DNA of 64,000 nucleotides from Selaginella moellendorffii (taxonomy: Eukaryota; Plantae; Lycopodiophyta): positions 518,463-582,462 of the forward strand of contig NW_003314266.1 in the NCBI RefSeq assembly GCF_000143415.4, written 5' to 3'. The notes beneath the pieces were generated by a model. That model saw only the letters and a list, made by a program, of their open reading frames with translations, did no database searches and had not been told where the DNA came from. Positions 45,986 through 58,566 of the stretch are shown piece after piece. A program made the translations under genes and the position numbers. Each line of letters starts with the position of its first letter. Position 1 is the stretch's first letter.

Positions 45986-48196
45986 ATGGCTCTTGGATGT
46001 TCTTCTCGATCCATGCGCTCACTCCTGGCATTGCTTTGCATAGCTCTTCTGCCATGGGCTTCTCTCTCCGTGGGGACGCTGAACACTCTGGGACCGATGT
46101 GGAGCAAGTCGGACAATCCCGACTGGAACGGTCGGGCTCCATACACGAATTCCTTCGTGCTGTGCGTACTCGAGTCGGGAACTCTCCTGCCATCGTGCTC
46201 AGGTACGTTTGCAACGCAAAACAACACAGATGCTCCGAGCACTCCCATGTTTGCTCTGAGCTCCGGTGGCTACTTCACTTGCGGGCTTAGCTACGAGAGC
46301 AAGAAGCCATTTTGCTGGGGGAATCCCAACTCGACGGTTCCATCGGTTTACAGGGATGTGAGCTACAGCAGCTTGAGCGCTGGACAGGGTCACGTCTGCG
46401 CTCTAAGAAGCAGTGGAGAGCTCGACTGCTGGGGACAAAACACGTATGGGCAGCTAAACTTTCCGCAAGCTAGCTTTATCCAAGTGAGCTCCGGATATGA
46501 CTACACCTGCGGGCTCGTCGATGGTGGCGAAGCTTTCTGCTGGGGATGGGATCGTTCCAACGCTCTTTTCTACCGCGCACAGCCGAAAAACGTCGCCTTT
46601 AGTGTTTTGTTCTCCGGAGGAACGCACACTTGCGGACTGGAAAAGGACACTGGGACTGCGTTTTGCTGGGGGTGGAACAACTTCGGACAGTGTAGCTCAT
46701 ACGCGGAGGACGTGAAGTTTTCTTCGCTAGCCTTGGGACTTTTCCACTCTTGCGGGATTGTGAAGGGGAAGGGGAACGTAGTCTGCTGGGGAGACGGTGC
46801 TTTCAATCAGACGGCTCCACCGAAGGACGAAGCGTTTTCGGTCATTGCGGCTGGAGACTACTACACTTGTGGCGTGAGTTTGAACGATTCGCAGAGAGTC
46901 AAGTGCTGGGGGAATTCAGTGGTGGTTACGGGGAACGTCAAAGTGAGCCAAGGACTGTGTAGCAGTCAAGCATGCAGCGTCCAACAGTACGAGCTTTCGG
47001 AAGATAATTCGAAGAAATGCCCGGTTGCTGGAGATCGAGTGTGTCTCGACTGTTTACAAGGCAATATGAAGTGCATGGGAGCACCAAGTCCAAGTCCAAG
47101 TTCTTTGCAAAAGATTAACAAGGATCTGGAGAAACCGAAAAGTACGAGTGGTTTGGCAGTAGGAATTTCGGTGGGGGCAGTAATAGCAGTGATTCTTGCT
47201 GCTGTTGCGGGATACTGTATCTGGAGACGAAGAGCTCAAGGATCATTCAAAACTAAGGCATGGGAAACCTTCGCAAACAGGCTGGTGGCGTTCAGTGGCT
47301 CGGACCTCGTCCGTGCTACAGAAAACTATCGCTCCGAGATGATCATTGGGAAAGGTGCTAGCGGAGTGGTCTACAAGGCTGTTCTCCCGGACGGACGAGC
47401 ACTGGCTTTGAAGAAATCTCGAGCCGGTGACAAGTCTTTAGTGAAGGAGCTCTCCCTGCTGGCCAGGTTACACCACGCTTACCTCGTCAACTTGGTGGGA
47501 TACTGCGCTCAAGAGCAGCTCCTGGCTTTCGAGTTCATGGAAAACGGCTCGCTCTTCGACTGCCTATTCAAGAAGCCAGAGATCCGACTCGACTGGTTTC
47601 TAAGGATCCGCATCGCAGCACAGGCCGCTCGAGGACTGGAATACTTGCACATCTACGCATCTCCACAGATACTCCACCGAGACGTGAAAGCAGCAAACAT
47701 ACTCCTGGACAAGGACTGGAACGCACACTTGTCCGACTTTGGCGTCAGCCTCTCGCCCTCCGGAAACACCACGCAGCTCGCGACGATGGTGGGAACACCA
47801 GGCTACATGGATCCGGAGTACTTCCAGACGGCGAAGTTCACCACCCAGAGCGACGTCTACAGCTTTGGAGTGGTGCTGCTGGAGCTCCTCACAGGCTGCC
47901 AAGCAATGCTAAGCTCCGAGAGGAGCTTGGTCTCGTGGGTTCTTCTCCAGCGCGGCAAGAGCAACACCTGCTCGCTGTTTGATCCGAGGATTTTCCTTCC
48001 AGAGAACACGGCAGCGCTGGAAGAGGTGCTCAGGCTAGCTCTCCAGTGCACAAGCTTCGATGCCGAGCACCGCCCAACGATAAGCTCCATAGCCAGCACC
48101 TTGGAGCGTGTCTCGAGCCCAGTGGCGGCACGCCCGGACGAAATCTCTAATGGATCGAGTGGTACCAACGTGTTCACCAGCAACTCTTGGAATTGA
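45986..48196 (+). CDS. CRINKLY4/ACR4-related receptor kinase, intronless
   Basis: Signal peptide, repeated GxxHxC..CWG crinkly repeats, Cys-rich TNFR-like segment, [33 protein letters not shown]. Confidence 0.93.
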   Translation: MALGCSSRSMRSLLALLCIALLPWASLSVGTLNTLGPMWSKSDNPDWNGRAPYTNSFVLCVLESGTLLPSCSGTFATQNNTDAPSTPMFALSSGGYFTCGLSYESKKPFCWGNPNSTVPSVYRDVSYSSLSAGQGHVCALRSSGELDCWGQNTYGQLNFPQASFIQVSSGYDYTCGLVDGGEAFCWGWDRSNALFYRAQPKNVAFSVLFSGGTHTCGLEKDTGTAFCWGWNNFGQCSSYAEDVKFSSLALGLFHSCGIVKGKGNVVCWGDGAFNQTAPPKDEAFSVIAAGDYYTCGVSLNDSQRVKCWGNSVVVTGNVKVSQGLCSSQACSVQQYELSEDNSKKCPVAGDRVCLDCLQGNMKCMGAPSPSPSSLQKINKDLEKPKSTSGLAVGISVGAVIAVILAAVAGYCIWRRRAQGSFKTKAWETFANRLVAFSGSDLVRATENYRSEMIIGKGASGVVYKAVLPDGRALALKKSRAGDKSLVKELSLLARLHHAYLVNLVGYCAQEQLLAFEFMENGSLFDCLFKKPEIRLDWFLRIRIAAQAARGLEYLHIYASPQILHRDVKAANILLDKDWNAHLSDFGVSLSPSGNTTQLATMVGTPGYMDPEYFQTAKFTTQSDVYSFGVVLLELLTGCQAMLSSERSLVSWVLLQRGKSNTCSLFDPRIFLPENTAALEEVLRLALQCTSFDAEHRPTISSIASTLERVSSPVAARPDEISNGSSGTNVFTSNSWN

Positions 48197-48330
48197 TACC
48201 CAAGAAAAGAAAAAAGCTTTCGTGTGTTCTTGTTCCACCGAAAGGCCATCTCTTCAAAAGAGACAAACGCGCCAAAACAGAGCGAGCATATTCCCTGAAA
48301 GAGAAAGGAGAAATTTGGATTATACACGCA

Positions 48331-48340
48331 ATGACGTGGC
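48331..48340 (+). promoter_or_regulatory. ABRE-like TGACGTGGC upstream of SIP gene
   Basis: Motif match only. Confidence 0.35.
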
Positions 48341-48711
48341 GCCTGGTCATTCGATCCACATTGCGCTGACTCAGCAGGCCTTCCGCCCTAAAATATCAGG
48401 CATGTGCGGCGATGTGAATCGCGTCTCAGGCGCGCTGTTCATCGCGCTAGAAATCGATCGGCCGCGTCGCCAATCTCATCGCATTCCTCTCGTCTTCTCG
48501 ACCTAGGAATGCCATAGCGCGCATTCTTTTTTCCCCAGCGAGGGGAGGTTTTGGTGCGAGGCGCGGCGGATTTTTTCCAGTTTCGCCGCGGTCAGCTGCT
48601 GGATCCGCGATCCACCGGCATAGTTCTTTGATTCTTTTGGAGAGGAAGGCCTTTGCTTCTTTCTCTCTGCCCAAATTCTTCTCGACTGCCGCTACTGCCA
48701 CTGCTATCGAC

Positions 48712-51694
48712 ATGACAATCACGCCAGATATCACGCTGGCCGATGGGAGCCTCGTGACTCATGGGGGAGTCTTGCTGGCCAATGTCCCGGACAACGTTAC
48801 TCTCACTGTGGACTCTCAGAGTGGAGTTTTTCTCGGTGTCCAAGCTCTTGAGAAAAGTTGCCGGCATGTCTTCACTCTTGGTGTTCTCGAGTAAGTCCTC
48901 GTTTTCCCTTTTCCTTGGTTTTTCGAGCTTACAAACTCGTTGTTCCTTCAGGCGTCTTAGATTCTTGTGCTGCTTTCGATTTAAGTTATGGTGGATGACC
49001 CAGAGAACTGGGACTTGCGGCAGCGATGTGCCGCTGGAAACTCAATTCCTTCTCCTTGAGAGCAAGTCCAGTGATGAAGCTATCTACACGGTGTTTCTTC
49101 CGATGGTGGAAGGTGCTTTCAGGTCCTCATTGCAAGGCAGTGCCGAGAACGAGTTGGAGATCTGCCTTGAAAGTGGTAAGTGTTACTGCTTGATTTTTTT
49201 TCGTTCCTGATGCGTGTATCTATTGTTTTCTCGTTTTGTCAGGGGATCCGGCAGTGGTTTCGCTGCAGGGACTGCATACGTTGTATATCCACTCTGGTTC
49301 AAATCCATTTCAAGTTTTAAATGATGCGATGAGGTAAGAGAACTAGTTTGAGTGAGCAACTTCTAAGCGCAAGAAGTCTATTTTGTTGCAGGGCCGTGAA
49401 ATCCCATCTTCAAACTTTTTCTCTCCGGACTGAGAAGAAAGTAAGCCGTGGTGCGACATGAACTTTGTAAAATTCTTGTGTTCTTGTTTAGCTTCCAGGA
49501 ATGCTAGACTGGTTCGGCTGGTGTACGTGGGATGCATTCTACACTGATGTCTCCGCGGCTGGTGTGAGGAACGGATTGGAAAGGTTGGAATCTTAATGAT
49601 TTTCAGCAAAGTTTCCTTATCGTGACAGCTTTTTGCTTCTTTTTTTTCTGCAGCCTTTGTGCCGGCGGAACACCGCCTCGATTCCTGATTATAGATGATG
49701 GATGGCAGTCAGTGGCGCACGACGATCCACCCGGATCCGTGCAACAAGCTGAGACACAAGTCATTACAAGTGGCGTGCAGTAAGCATCAAGCTATTTTTA
49801 TTGGCGAGTTGACGCATGTCTCTTTTCATGATCTCTCAGGTTTGCCAAAAGATTGACAGATATCAAGGAAAATCATAAGTTCCAAAGAAATGGAGAGAGC
49901 GGGCTTCACCACATAGTTGCTGAGGCCAAAAGCGAATACAATCTCAAGTGAGTTATACTTTCATATCTTTGGTCAGGCATGAATGCTTATTTCGTTTTGC
50001 CTTGGCAGATATATTTACGTGTGGCATGCTGTGCTGGGTTACTGGGGAGGCTTGCAGCCTGGTCTATACCAAGCAAAATTGGCGTACCCATCGATTTCCC
50101 CTGGCCTGCTACAGCATCAACCAGATATGGCACATGACAGCCTTACCTTGCATGGTTTGGGACTTGTGGATCCAAACCATGCTTTTGCTTTCTACAACGA
50201 GCTCCACAGCTATCTTGCCAGTAGCGGCATTGACGGGGTGAAGGTTGATGTCCAGAGCATTCTGGAAACGCTTGGCGAAGGACATGGTGGCCGAGTACAG
50301 CTGACAAAGAAGTTTTACCAAGCTCTTGAAGCATCGATTGCTCGAAACTTTCCAGATAATGGCTGCATCGCCTGCATGAGCCATAACACCGACGGTTTCT
50401 ACAGGTCAATTTAGTTCTGCTTCGTTGTTTTGACTTGCTGCGTCGCTTGCAGTTCAAACAAGACCGCCGTTGTTCGTGCGTCAGACGACTTTTGGCCAGC
50501 AGATCCAGCATCACATACTATTCATATTGCTTCTGTCGCGTACAACAGTCTCTTCCTTGGGGAAGTTATGCAGCCAGACTGGGACATGTTCCAGGTGAGT
50601 TTTGTTTCGTTTGCTGTTTTTCAAACTCAAAAGTAATTGTCTCGTTTCTTCGCGATTCAGAGCTTACATCCGGCAGCTGAGTATCATGCTGCTGCTCGAG
50701 CAGTCGGGGGCTGTGGCGTTTACGTCAGGTACGTAGCAATCAAACCTCATGTGAGTGTCTGATACGATGTTCTTACGTTTCAGTGACAAGCCCGGGCATC
50801 ACGACTTCAATTTGCTGAAGAAGCTAGTTTTACCAGATGGCTCCGTTCTGCGAGCTCAACTCCCTGGACGGCCTACTCGTGACTGCCTCTTTTCAGATCC
50901 CACACAAGATGAGAAAAGGTAAAGAAAGAGAACTTCTCAAAAGCCTCGACATACTTTGGGGTTTTCCACAGCATTTTGAAAATATGGAACGTGAACAAGC
51001 ACACGGGAGTGATAGGTGCTTTCAACTGTCAAGGTGCCGGATGGTGCAAAGTAAGCAAGACCTACAGGATTCACGACGATTCTCCAATGACCGTCACGGG
51101 AAGCATCCGTGCCTGTGATGTTGAGTTCCTGGACACAGTCGTAGCAGCCGACTGGAACGGCGATGCGGTTGTTTACAGTCACAGAGCTGGTACGTTTCTG
51201 AAAGTTATTGACTGGAAGCTTTTCTCATGCCGATTTTCTTCCAGGCGAATTAGTTCTTCTCCCGAAAGGCACCGCAATACCAGTGAGTTTAGAGCACTTG
51301 AAGTATGAAATCTTCACGATTGTACCAGTCAAGGTAAGGATTTTCACCACGATTTCCAGGAAAGTTTTGTTAAAACTCTTCGTTTTGCTCGCGCAGTGTA
51401 TCTCGGAAGACTTGGTGTTTGCTCCAATCGGTCTTGTTAACATGTTTAACTCCGGAGGGGCGATCACGTCCCTGGATTACGCGGTCGCGGAGGCCACAAA
51501 CGATGGAAGTGGCAACGCAGTGACTGAAAATCACAGTCCGTGGATGTGGTGTGTTTGGAGCTTACTCCTCCAGGCGACCAAAATCAGTGACATTGGAATC
51601 GTCTGGAAATCTGGATTTTTTCTATGATTCTAACACTGGATTCGTCAAGATCGATCTTGGAGAGAGAGGAGGTGAACTCTCTATCGCTATGTAA
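48712..51694 (+). CDS. SIP: GH36 seed-imbibition protein / alkaline alpha-galactosidase (raffinose synthase family), last exon frameshifted
   Basis: MTITP start, [65 protein letters not shown] 2-nt deletion at ~51525 moves the stop to 51627 (ancestral stop 51694). Confidence 0.9.
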
Positions 51695-51763
51695 CAGTTA
51701 CCATTTTTTAAAAAGTCGAATATTCTGGAGGATCGTTTACAAAGCGAATATTATTTAGGGCTC

Positions 51764-53986
51764 ATGCGAGGGAAGAGAGCGATCACTTTAGGTAAGGGCT
51801 CGTCGATTCTAAGGCGCTGGTTTCGATCTGATCGCCAAGAGCAGCAAAACCTCCAGGGATCTAGCCGCCGAGAACAGCAACATCAGCAGCCGCGTAGAGA
51901 ACAGGGAAATTTCGACAGCAAGTCAAGCTTTCTAGCGGCAGTGAAGGCGTGTAGTTGCGCCAAGGATCTCCGAGAGGGCAGGCGCCTCCATTCTAGCGCT
52001 GTTGCCAATGGCCTCGCCTCGAGCATCGTCGTGGCAAATGCGCTGGTCAGTATGTTCGCGAAATGCGGCAGCCTTGCGGATTCTCGCGCCGTCTTCGACG
52101 AGATGGCGATCCACGACGTGGTGTCCTGGAATTCGCTGATCCTGGGCTACGCAGAGAATGGCGAGCCGGAATCAGCATTGGAACTCTTCGATCGCATGAG
52201 AAGAGAGGGTTTCAAGGCTGACAATCGGACCTACGTTGCGGCCCTCATGGCGTGCATTGCTCTGGGCGCACAGGAAGACATGAAGCGGCAGCACGGGAAG
52301 AAATCTCTGGAAAGAATGGTGGTTCTAGAGAAGGGTCGAGAGATCCATGCTCAAGCTTCCACCGCTGGCTATGGATCCAACATCTACGTTGCAAACACGC
52401 TCATCAACATGTACTCAAAGCTTGGGTGCCTTGAGGAGGCTCGAGAGGTGTTCGACCGGATTGGAAAGGAGGAGAGGAGCGTTGTGTCGTGGACCGCGAT
52501 GATGATGGGGTGTAACGAGAATGGAGACGAGCAGGAAAGTTTGGAGCTCTTTCGGCAAATGCAACGCCATGGCTGTCCTCCCAACTCTCGGACTTTTGTC
52601 GCAGCGCTCATGGCCTGTGCTGGATTGGCCGAGAAAGCTGATGGGAGTGACAAGGCCGAATATCTTGAGAAGGGACGAGCGCTTCATTCACAAGCTGTGA
52701 AAGGTGGCTGCGGCTCGGACGTTTTCTTCGCGAGCACTTTGATCCATATGTATTGCAAGTGTGGGAGCCTGGAAGATGCTAGAGCCGCGTTCCAGCGAAT
52801 GCAGCGCTTGGACGTGGTGTCCTGGAACGCTCTCATCCTGGGACACGTTGAGAATGGCGAGAGCCAGCGTGCACTCGAGATCTTCGGCGGCATGAAGAGG
52901 ATCGAGAGACATCGCCGCTGCTCGCCGAACGCTCGGACTTTCGTTGCTGCGCTCATGGCCTGCTCCAGCCTGGCTGCACAAGAAGCTGGCAAACAGGTTG
53001 ACGGGAAGCTCGTGAAGCCGGAGAGTTTGCAGAGAGGGATGGATGTACATTCGCAAGCGGTGCAGTGTCGCTGCGAAACGGAGCTTTTCGTGGCCACCAC
53101 CTTGATCGACATGTATTCGAAGTGCGGGAGCATGGTCGAAGCCCGAAAGTGCTTCGACAAGATGCCCAGCCGCAACGTCGTTACGTGGAATTCTCTCATC
53201 CTGGGCTACGCGGAGAACGGTGACGGTGAGCAGGCCTTGCAAGCCTTCCGGCGGATGAAAGCCAACAAACGTCTCGTGCCGGACACTCGAACTTACGCTG
53301 CAGTGCTGATGGCCTGTGGCAGCATGGCGTCGCTTGAAACCGCGAGAGACGTCCATAGCGAGATTCGTGGTCTCGGGCTCGACCAAGATGGATTCATCGC
53401 CAACTGCTTGGTGGACTGCTACTGCAACTGTGGGAGCTTGGAAGAGGCAACACAGGTTTTTGACGCGCTGGGCAGCAAGAACGTTGTCTCCTGGAGCTCG
53501 CTCATAGCAGGATACAGCCGCCACGGCCACGTAAAACAGGCTCTCGACTTGTTCCAGAAGATGCAAGACGGTGGCTTCCAGGCGGACAAGATGACCTTCA
53601 CGTCCATCCTCACGGCTTGCAGCCACGCCGGACTGGTGGAAAAAGGGAAGGAGCTGTTCGAGCTTATGGCCTCCAAGCACGGCGTGGAGCCGGACATGGA
53701 CCACTACCACTGCATGATCGATCTTCTAGGCCGCGCAAACCATCTGGAGGAGGCAGTGGCGATGGCGGAGGGAATGCCGTTTGATCCAAATGCCGTGACT
53801 TGGAAGACGGTGCTGGGGGCGTGCCAGAAGTGGAACAACGTCCGGATCGCGAGGGTGGCGTTTGAGAGGCTGCGGCAAGTCGACGGGGAGCAAGCGGCGC
53901 CGTACGTTCTCATGGCAAACATCTTTGGAAGCTCGATCTCGTCCAGCGACAAGTCTTGCTCCAACTGCTCGACGAGGAAGACTTAA
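51764..53986 (+). CDS. PLS-class PPR protein with truncated E domain
   Basis: Repeats such as DVVSWNSLILGYAENG, TFVAALMAC, LIDMYSKCG; HYHCMIDLLGRA, WKTVLGAC; no DYW domain. Confidence 0.93.
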   Translation: MRGKRAITLGKGSSILRRWFRSDRQEQQNLQGSSRREQQHQQPRREQGNFDSKSSFLAAVKACSCAKDLREGRRLHSSAVANGLASSIVVANALVSMFAKCGSLADSRAVFDEMAIHDVVSWNSLILGYAENGEPESALELFDRMRREGFKADNRTYVAALMACIALGAQEDMKRQHGKKSLERMVVLEKGREIHAQASTAGYGSNIYVANTLINMYSKLGCLEEAREVFDRIGKEERSVVSWTAMMMGCNENGDEQESLELFRQMQRHGCPPNSRTFVAALMACAGLAEKADGSDKAEYLEKGRALHSQAVKGGCGSDVFFASTLIHMYCKCGSLEDARAAFQRMQRLDVVSWNALILGHVENGESQRALEIFGGMKRIERHRRCSPNARTFVAALMACSSLAAQEAGKQVDGKLVKPESLQRGMDVHSQAVQCRCETELFVATTLIDMYSKCGSMVEARKCFDKMPSRNVVTWNSLILGYAENGDGEQALQAFRRMKANKRLVPDTRTYAAVLMACGSMASLETARDVHSEIRGLGLDQDGFIANCLVDCYCNCGSLEEATQVFDALGSKNVVSWSSLIAGYSRHGHVKQALDLFQKMQDGGFQADKMTFTSILTACSHAGLVEKGKELFELMASKHGVEPDMDHYHCMIDLLGRANHLEEAVAMAEGMPFDPNAVTWKTVLGACQKWNNVRIARVAFERLRQVDGEQAAPYVLMANIFGSSISSSDKSCSNCSTRKT

Positions 53987-54133
53987 GGTAGCAGTTGCTT
54001 TATTTTCCACGCAACCTGAAGTTTAATTTGATTTCTAGAAAGGTGATGCAAGAGTAACAAATCAAGTTGTCTTCGTCGGAACAGCAGTTCTCTATAATAT
54101 GGAGATGGCCTGTGGATCCAGAGCATCAAATCG

Positions 54134-55659
54134 ATGGACTTGGGTGTGGCCTTGTTCCTCCTTAGCGTCGGCTTGACCACACTGTCACTTCTCATCGGGA
54201 GAATTCTATCTTCGCAGCGGCGGCTCCCTCCAGGTCCCTTCTGTTTCCCCATTTTTGGAGCACTCTTCTCCCTCCAGGAGCCACTCCACCAGCACTTTGC
54301 GAAGATCAGCAAGAAGTATGGGCCGATTGTCTTCCTCAAGGTCGGAATGGTCCCGTTTGTGGTGGTGACCGACAAGGAAATGGCAGCGCAGGTTCTTAAG
54401 GCCCACGACCTCGAGTTTGCAAGCCGACCGGACGAAGAGTTCTTTCGGATCGTCAGCCACGACTGGAACGATCTTATCCTGGCGCCCATCGGTGAGAAGT
54501 GGAAGACAATGAGGAGGATTTGTAGCACACACCTGTTTAACAACAGTACGCTAAAGGCTAGCGCAGGATTCCGGGAGTCGGAGATGAAGCATGCAGTCAA
54601 GGCCATTTTCCAGCATTCCGGGACAACGATCAAGCTGCAAGAGGTTTTGAGCAATCTCGCGTCAAATTCACTATGCCTGGTTCTTTTTAGCAAGCGGGGG
54701 GTGGAAGTGGTGGATCTCATCCGGAACATACTCGGTCTAAGCTTGAACTTGAACATTGGAACCCTGCTTCCGGCACTCGACTGGCTGGATCTTCATGGAG
54801 TCTACAAGAAGCTCAACACGGAGCTCGTACCTCGCCTTAAGCTCGTGCTGGAAGATCAAATCGACAAGCATCGACGCAGGAAAGATGAAGCTGGGGATAC
54901 ATTCGTCCCTCAGGACTTCACCGACGTTCTTATATCTCTCGAGGACAAGGATAAGCTGTCAAACATCTCCATCTTGGCACTGCTCTCGGTAAGCATCTAG
55001 ATCGTGGTCGTGATCACTGAAAAACTCTAGTTTTGCGTCAGGACATGGTTATTGCAGGGTTGGAAACTTCACTAGTGACGCTCGAGTGGACGATGGCGGA
55101 GCTCATAAACCATCCCCAAGTCATGTCCAAGGCTCAAGAGGAGATCGACAGCGTTGTAGGGACAGCTCGCGCGGTGCAAGAGTCCGACCTTCCAAACCTT
55201 CCATACATCGAAGCCATTGTCAAGGAATCACTGCGTCTCCACCCGGCGGTGCCACTGGGCGCTCCTCACATGAATCCCAAGCCTGTCAAGCTGGGAGGCT
55301 ACACCATCCCTGGCGGCTGCAAGGTTCTCGTAAACATATGGGCCATTGGACGCGATCCCGCTCGCTGGTCCGACCCAGAAGCGTTCCAGCCGGAGCGCTT
55401 TCTCGGCTCCTCCATCTCTCCCAACGGGCAGAACTTTGACTTCCTTCCATTCTCATCGGGGAGGAGAGTTTGTGTTGGCTATCCACTCGCGATGAGATCC
55501 ATCCCTTTTTTCGTGGCCAGTTTGCTCCAGGCATTCGATTGGAGTCCTGCTAACCCGAGCGGGATCGACATGGAAGAATGCACGAGAAGTACAACTATGA
55601 AGCTGAATGCTGACTTGCTTGTAAACGCGTCCATCAGGGTCGATCAAAATATAATATAA
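54134..55659 (+). CDS. Cytochrome P450, CYP71 clan, copy 1 (exons 54134-54988, 55042-55659)
   Basis: Membrane anchor, LPPGP, WxxxR, AGLETS, ESLR, PERF, FSSGRRVCVG; single phase-0 intron before the I-helix core. Confidence 0.95.
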
Positions 55660-55865
55660 AGCTTTCTATACCATGTTGATTAAATTGTTTAGCGTTGGAG
55701 ATGTTTCAAATACAATATAAATACAAATACTAGGTGTTTTAAAGTCCAATGCTCGATGTTAATAGCAACAGCTAGTACATTACGCAATCCTGAACAGAGT
55801 AGATGTAGAAGTAGTCAATCTGTTAAAGCTCTAGGGGCCTCCTTCAAGCCTCGATGGGCACCCGT

Positions 55866-56305
55866 GTTGAGTTTCTGGACAAAGTCGCAGCGATGCGGTT
55901 GTTTACATTGAAAGTCGTTGGTTTTCTCATGCCGATTTTCTTCCAGGCGAATTACCGCAATACCAGTGAGTTTAGAGCACTTGAAGTATGAAGTCTTCAC
56001 GATTGTACCAGTCAAGGTCAGCATTTTCACCAAGATCTCCCGGAAATTCTAGTTAAAACTCGTCTTTTGCTCGTACATTGAGGACCAATGTGTTTGCTCC
56101 AACTTTGTGGACCCTGCGATTGCGTAATCCAGGGACGTGATCGCCCCTCAGGAGTTAAATATGTGATTGATGGAAGTGGCGACGTCGTGACTGAAAATCA
56201 CTGTCCGTGGCTGTGATGTGTTTGGAGATTACTCCTCCAAGCGGCTAAAATCAGTGACATTGGAATCGTCTGGAAACCTAGACTTTTTTTCTGATTCCAA
56301 GTCAT
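55866..56305 (+). pseudogene. SIP 3' fragment with small internal inversion
   Basis: Matches 51120-51640; 56113-56164 is the reverse complement of ~51440-51490. Confidence 0.88.
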
Positions 56306-56399
56306 ATTGCTACATAACAGTATCTTTCTTTGTTTTTTAAAAAACCCTAGCCCTAATTGACTGACGGAAACTGCTATGACACGTCGGATTTGCGTTAGC

Positions 56400-58434
56400 G
56401 TCCGATCGCCAAGAACAGCACGATCTAGCCGCCGGGAACAGCATCGTAGGTCTTTCTAGGCAGTGAAGTCGTGTAGCAGCGCCAGGGGTCCCCGGGACTC
56501 CATTCTAGCGCTGTTGCCAATGGCCTTGTCAGTATCTTTGCGAAATGCGGCAGCGTGGCGGATTCTCGCGCCACGACGTGGTGTCCTGGAATTCGCTGGT
56601 CCTGGGGTACGCTGAGAATGGCGAGCCGGAAGCAGCAATGGACGTCTTCGATCGCACGAAGAGAGTATTTCACGGTTGACAATCGGACCTATGTTGCGGC
56701 CCTCATGGCGTGCATTGATCTGGGGGCACAGGAAGAGATCAAGCGGCAGCACGGGAAGAAATCTCTGGAAAGAATGGTGGTTCTAGAGAAGGGTCGAGAG
56801 ATCCATGCTCAAGCTTCCAGCGCTGGCTATGGATCCAACATCTACGTTGCAAACACGCTCATCAACATGTACTCGAAGCTTGGGTGCCTTGCGGAGGCTC
56901 GAGAGGTGTTCGACCGGATTGGAAAGGAGGAGAAGAGCGTTGTGTCGTGGACCGCGATGATGATGGGGTGTAACGAGAATGGAGACGAGAAGGAAACGTT
57001 GGAGCTCTACAACGCCAGGGCTGTCCTCCCAACTCTCGGACTTTTGTCGCAGCGCTCATGGCCTGTGCTGGATTGGCCGAGAAAGCTGATGGGAGTGACA
57101 AGGCCGAATATCTTGAGAAGGGACGAGCGATTCATTCACAAGCTGTGAAAGGTGGCTGCGGCTCGGACGTTTTCTTCGCGAGCACTTTGATCCATATGTA
57201 TTGCAAGTGTGGGAGCCTGGAAGATGCTAGAGCCGCATTCCAGCGAATGCAGCGCTTGGACGTGGTGTCCTGGAACGCTCTCATCCTGGGACACGTTGAG
57301 AATGGCGAGAGCCAGCGTGCACTCGAGATCTTCGGCGGCATGAAGAGGATCGAGAGACATCGCCGCTGCTCGCCGAACGCTCGGACTTTCGTTGCTGCGC
57401 TCATGGCCTGCTCCAGGCTGGCTGCAAAAGAAGCTGGCAAGCAGGTTGACGGGAAGCTCGTGAAGACGGAGAGTTTGAAGAGAGGGATGGATGTACATTC
57501 GCAAGCGGTGCAGTGTCGCTGCGAAACGGAGCTTTTCGTGGCCACCACCTTGATCGACATGTATTCGAAGTGCGGGAGCATGGTCGAAGCCCGAAAGTGC
57601 TTCGACAAGATGCCCAGCCACAACGTCGTTACGTGGAATTCTCTCATCCTGGGCTACGCGGAGAACGGTGACGGTGAACAGGCCTTGCAAGCCTTCCGGC
57701 GGATGAAAGCCAACAAACGTCTCGTGCCGGACACTCGAACTTACGCTGCAGTGCTGATGGCCTGTGGCAGCATGGCGTCGCTTGAAACCGCGAGAGACGT
57801 CCATAGCGAGATTCGTGGTCTCGGGCTCGACCAAGATGGATTCATCGCCAACTGCTTGGTGGACTGCTACTGCAACTGTGGGAGCTTGGAAGAGGCAAAA
57901 CAGGTTTTTGACGCGCTGGGCAGCAAGAACGTTGTCTCCTGGAGCTCGCTCATAGCAGGATACAGCCGCCACGGCCACGTAAAACAGGCTCTCGACTTGT
58001 TCCAGAAGATGCAAGACGGTGGCTTCCAGGCGGACAAGATGACCTTCACGTCCATCCTCACGGCTTGCAGCCACGCCGGACTGGTGGAAAAAGGGAAGGA
58101 GCTGTTCGAGCTTATGGCCTCCAAGCACGGCGTGGAGCCGGACATGGACCACTACCACTACATGATCGATCTTCTAGGCCGCGCAAACCATCTGGAGGAG
58201 GCAGTGGCGATGGCGGAGGGGATGCCGTTTGATCCAAATGCCGTGACTTGGAAGACGGTGCTGGGGGCGTGCCAGAAGTGGAACAACGTCCGGATCGCGA
58301 GGGTGGCGTTTGAGAGGCTGCGGCAAGTCGACGGGGAGCAAGCGGCGCCGTACGTTCTCATGGCAAACATCTTTGGAAGCTCGATCTCGTCCAGCGACAA
58401 GTCTTGCTCCCACTGCTCGACGAGGAAGACTTAA
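56400..58434 (+). pseudogene. PPR copy 2: 5' part frameshifted, 458-codon 3' ORF remains
   Basis: Deletions at 56400-56580 and ~57008; the 3' part is nearly identical to copy 1. Confidence 0.85.
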
Positions 58435-58566
58435 GGTACCAGTTGCTTTATTTTCCTGAAGTTTAATTTGATTTTTTGATGCAAGAGTAACAAATCAAGT
58501 TGTCTTCGTCGGAACAGCAGTTCTCTATAATATGGCGATGGCCTGTGGATCCAGAGCATCAAATCG

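Larger units (their letters stand above)
35726..46658. repeat. Tandem segmental duplication, unit 2 (~10.9 kb)
   Basis: Collinear with unit 1 but lacks 29159-32285. Confidence 0.92.

Noticed and set aside
48712-51694. True raffinose synthase
   Set aside because: RASDDF..SHTIHI and the MTITP start fit the SIP/alkaline alpha-galactosidase branch rather than RafS (RVGDDFW).
52684-58158. 340-aa and 171-aa minus-strand ORFs seen twice
   Set aside because: Antisense shadows of the duplicated PPR.
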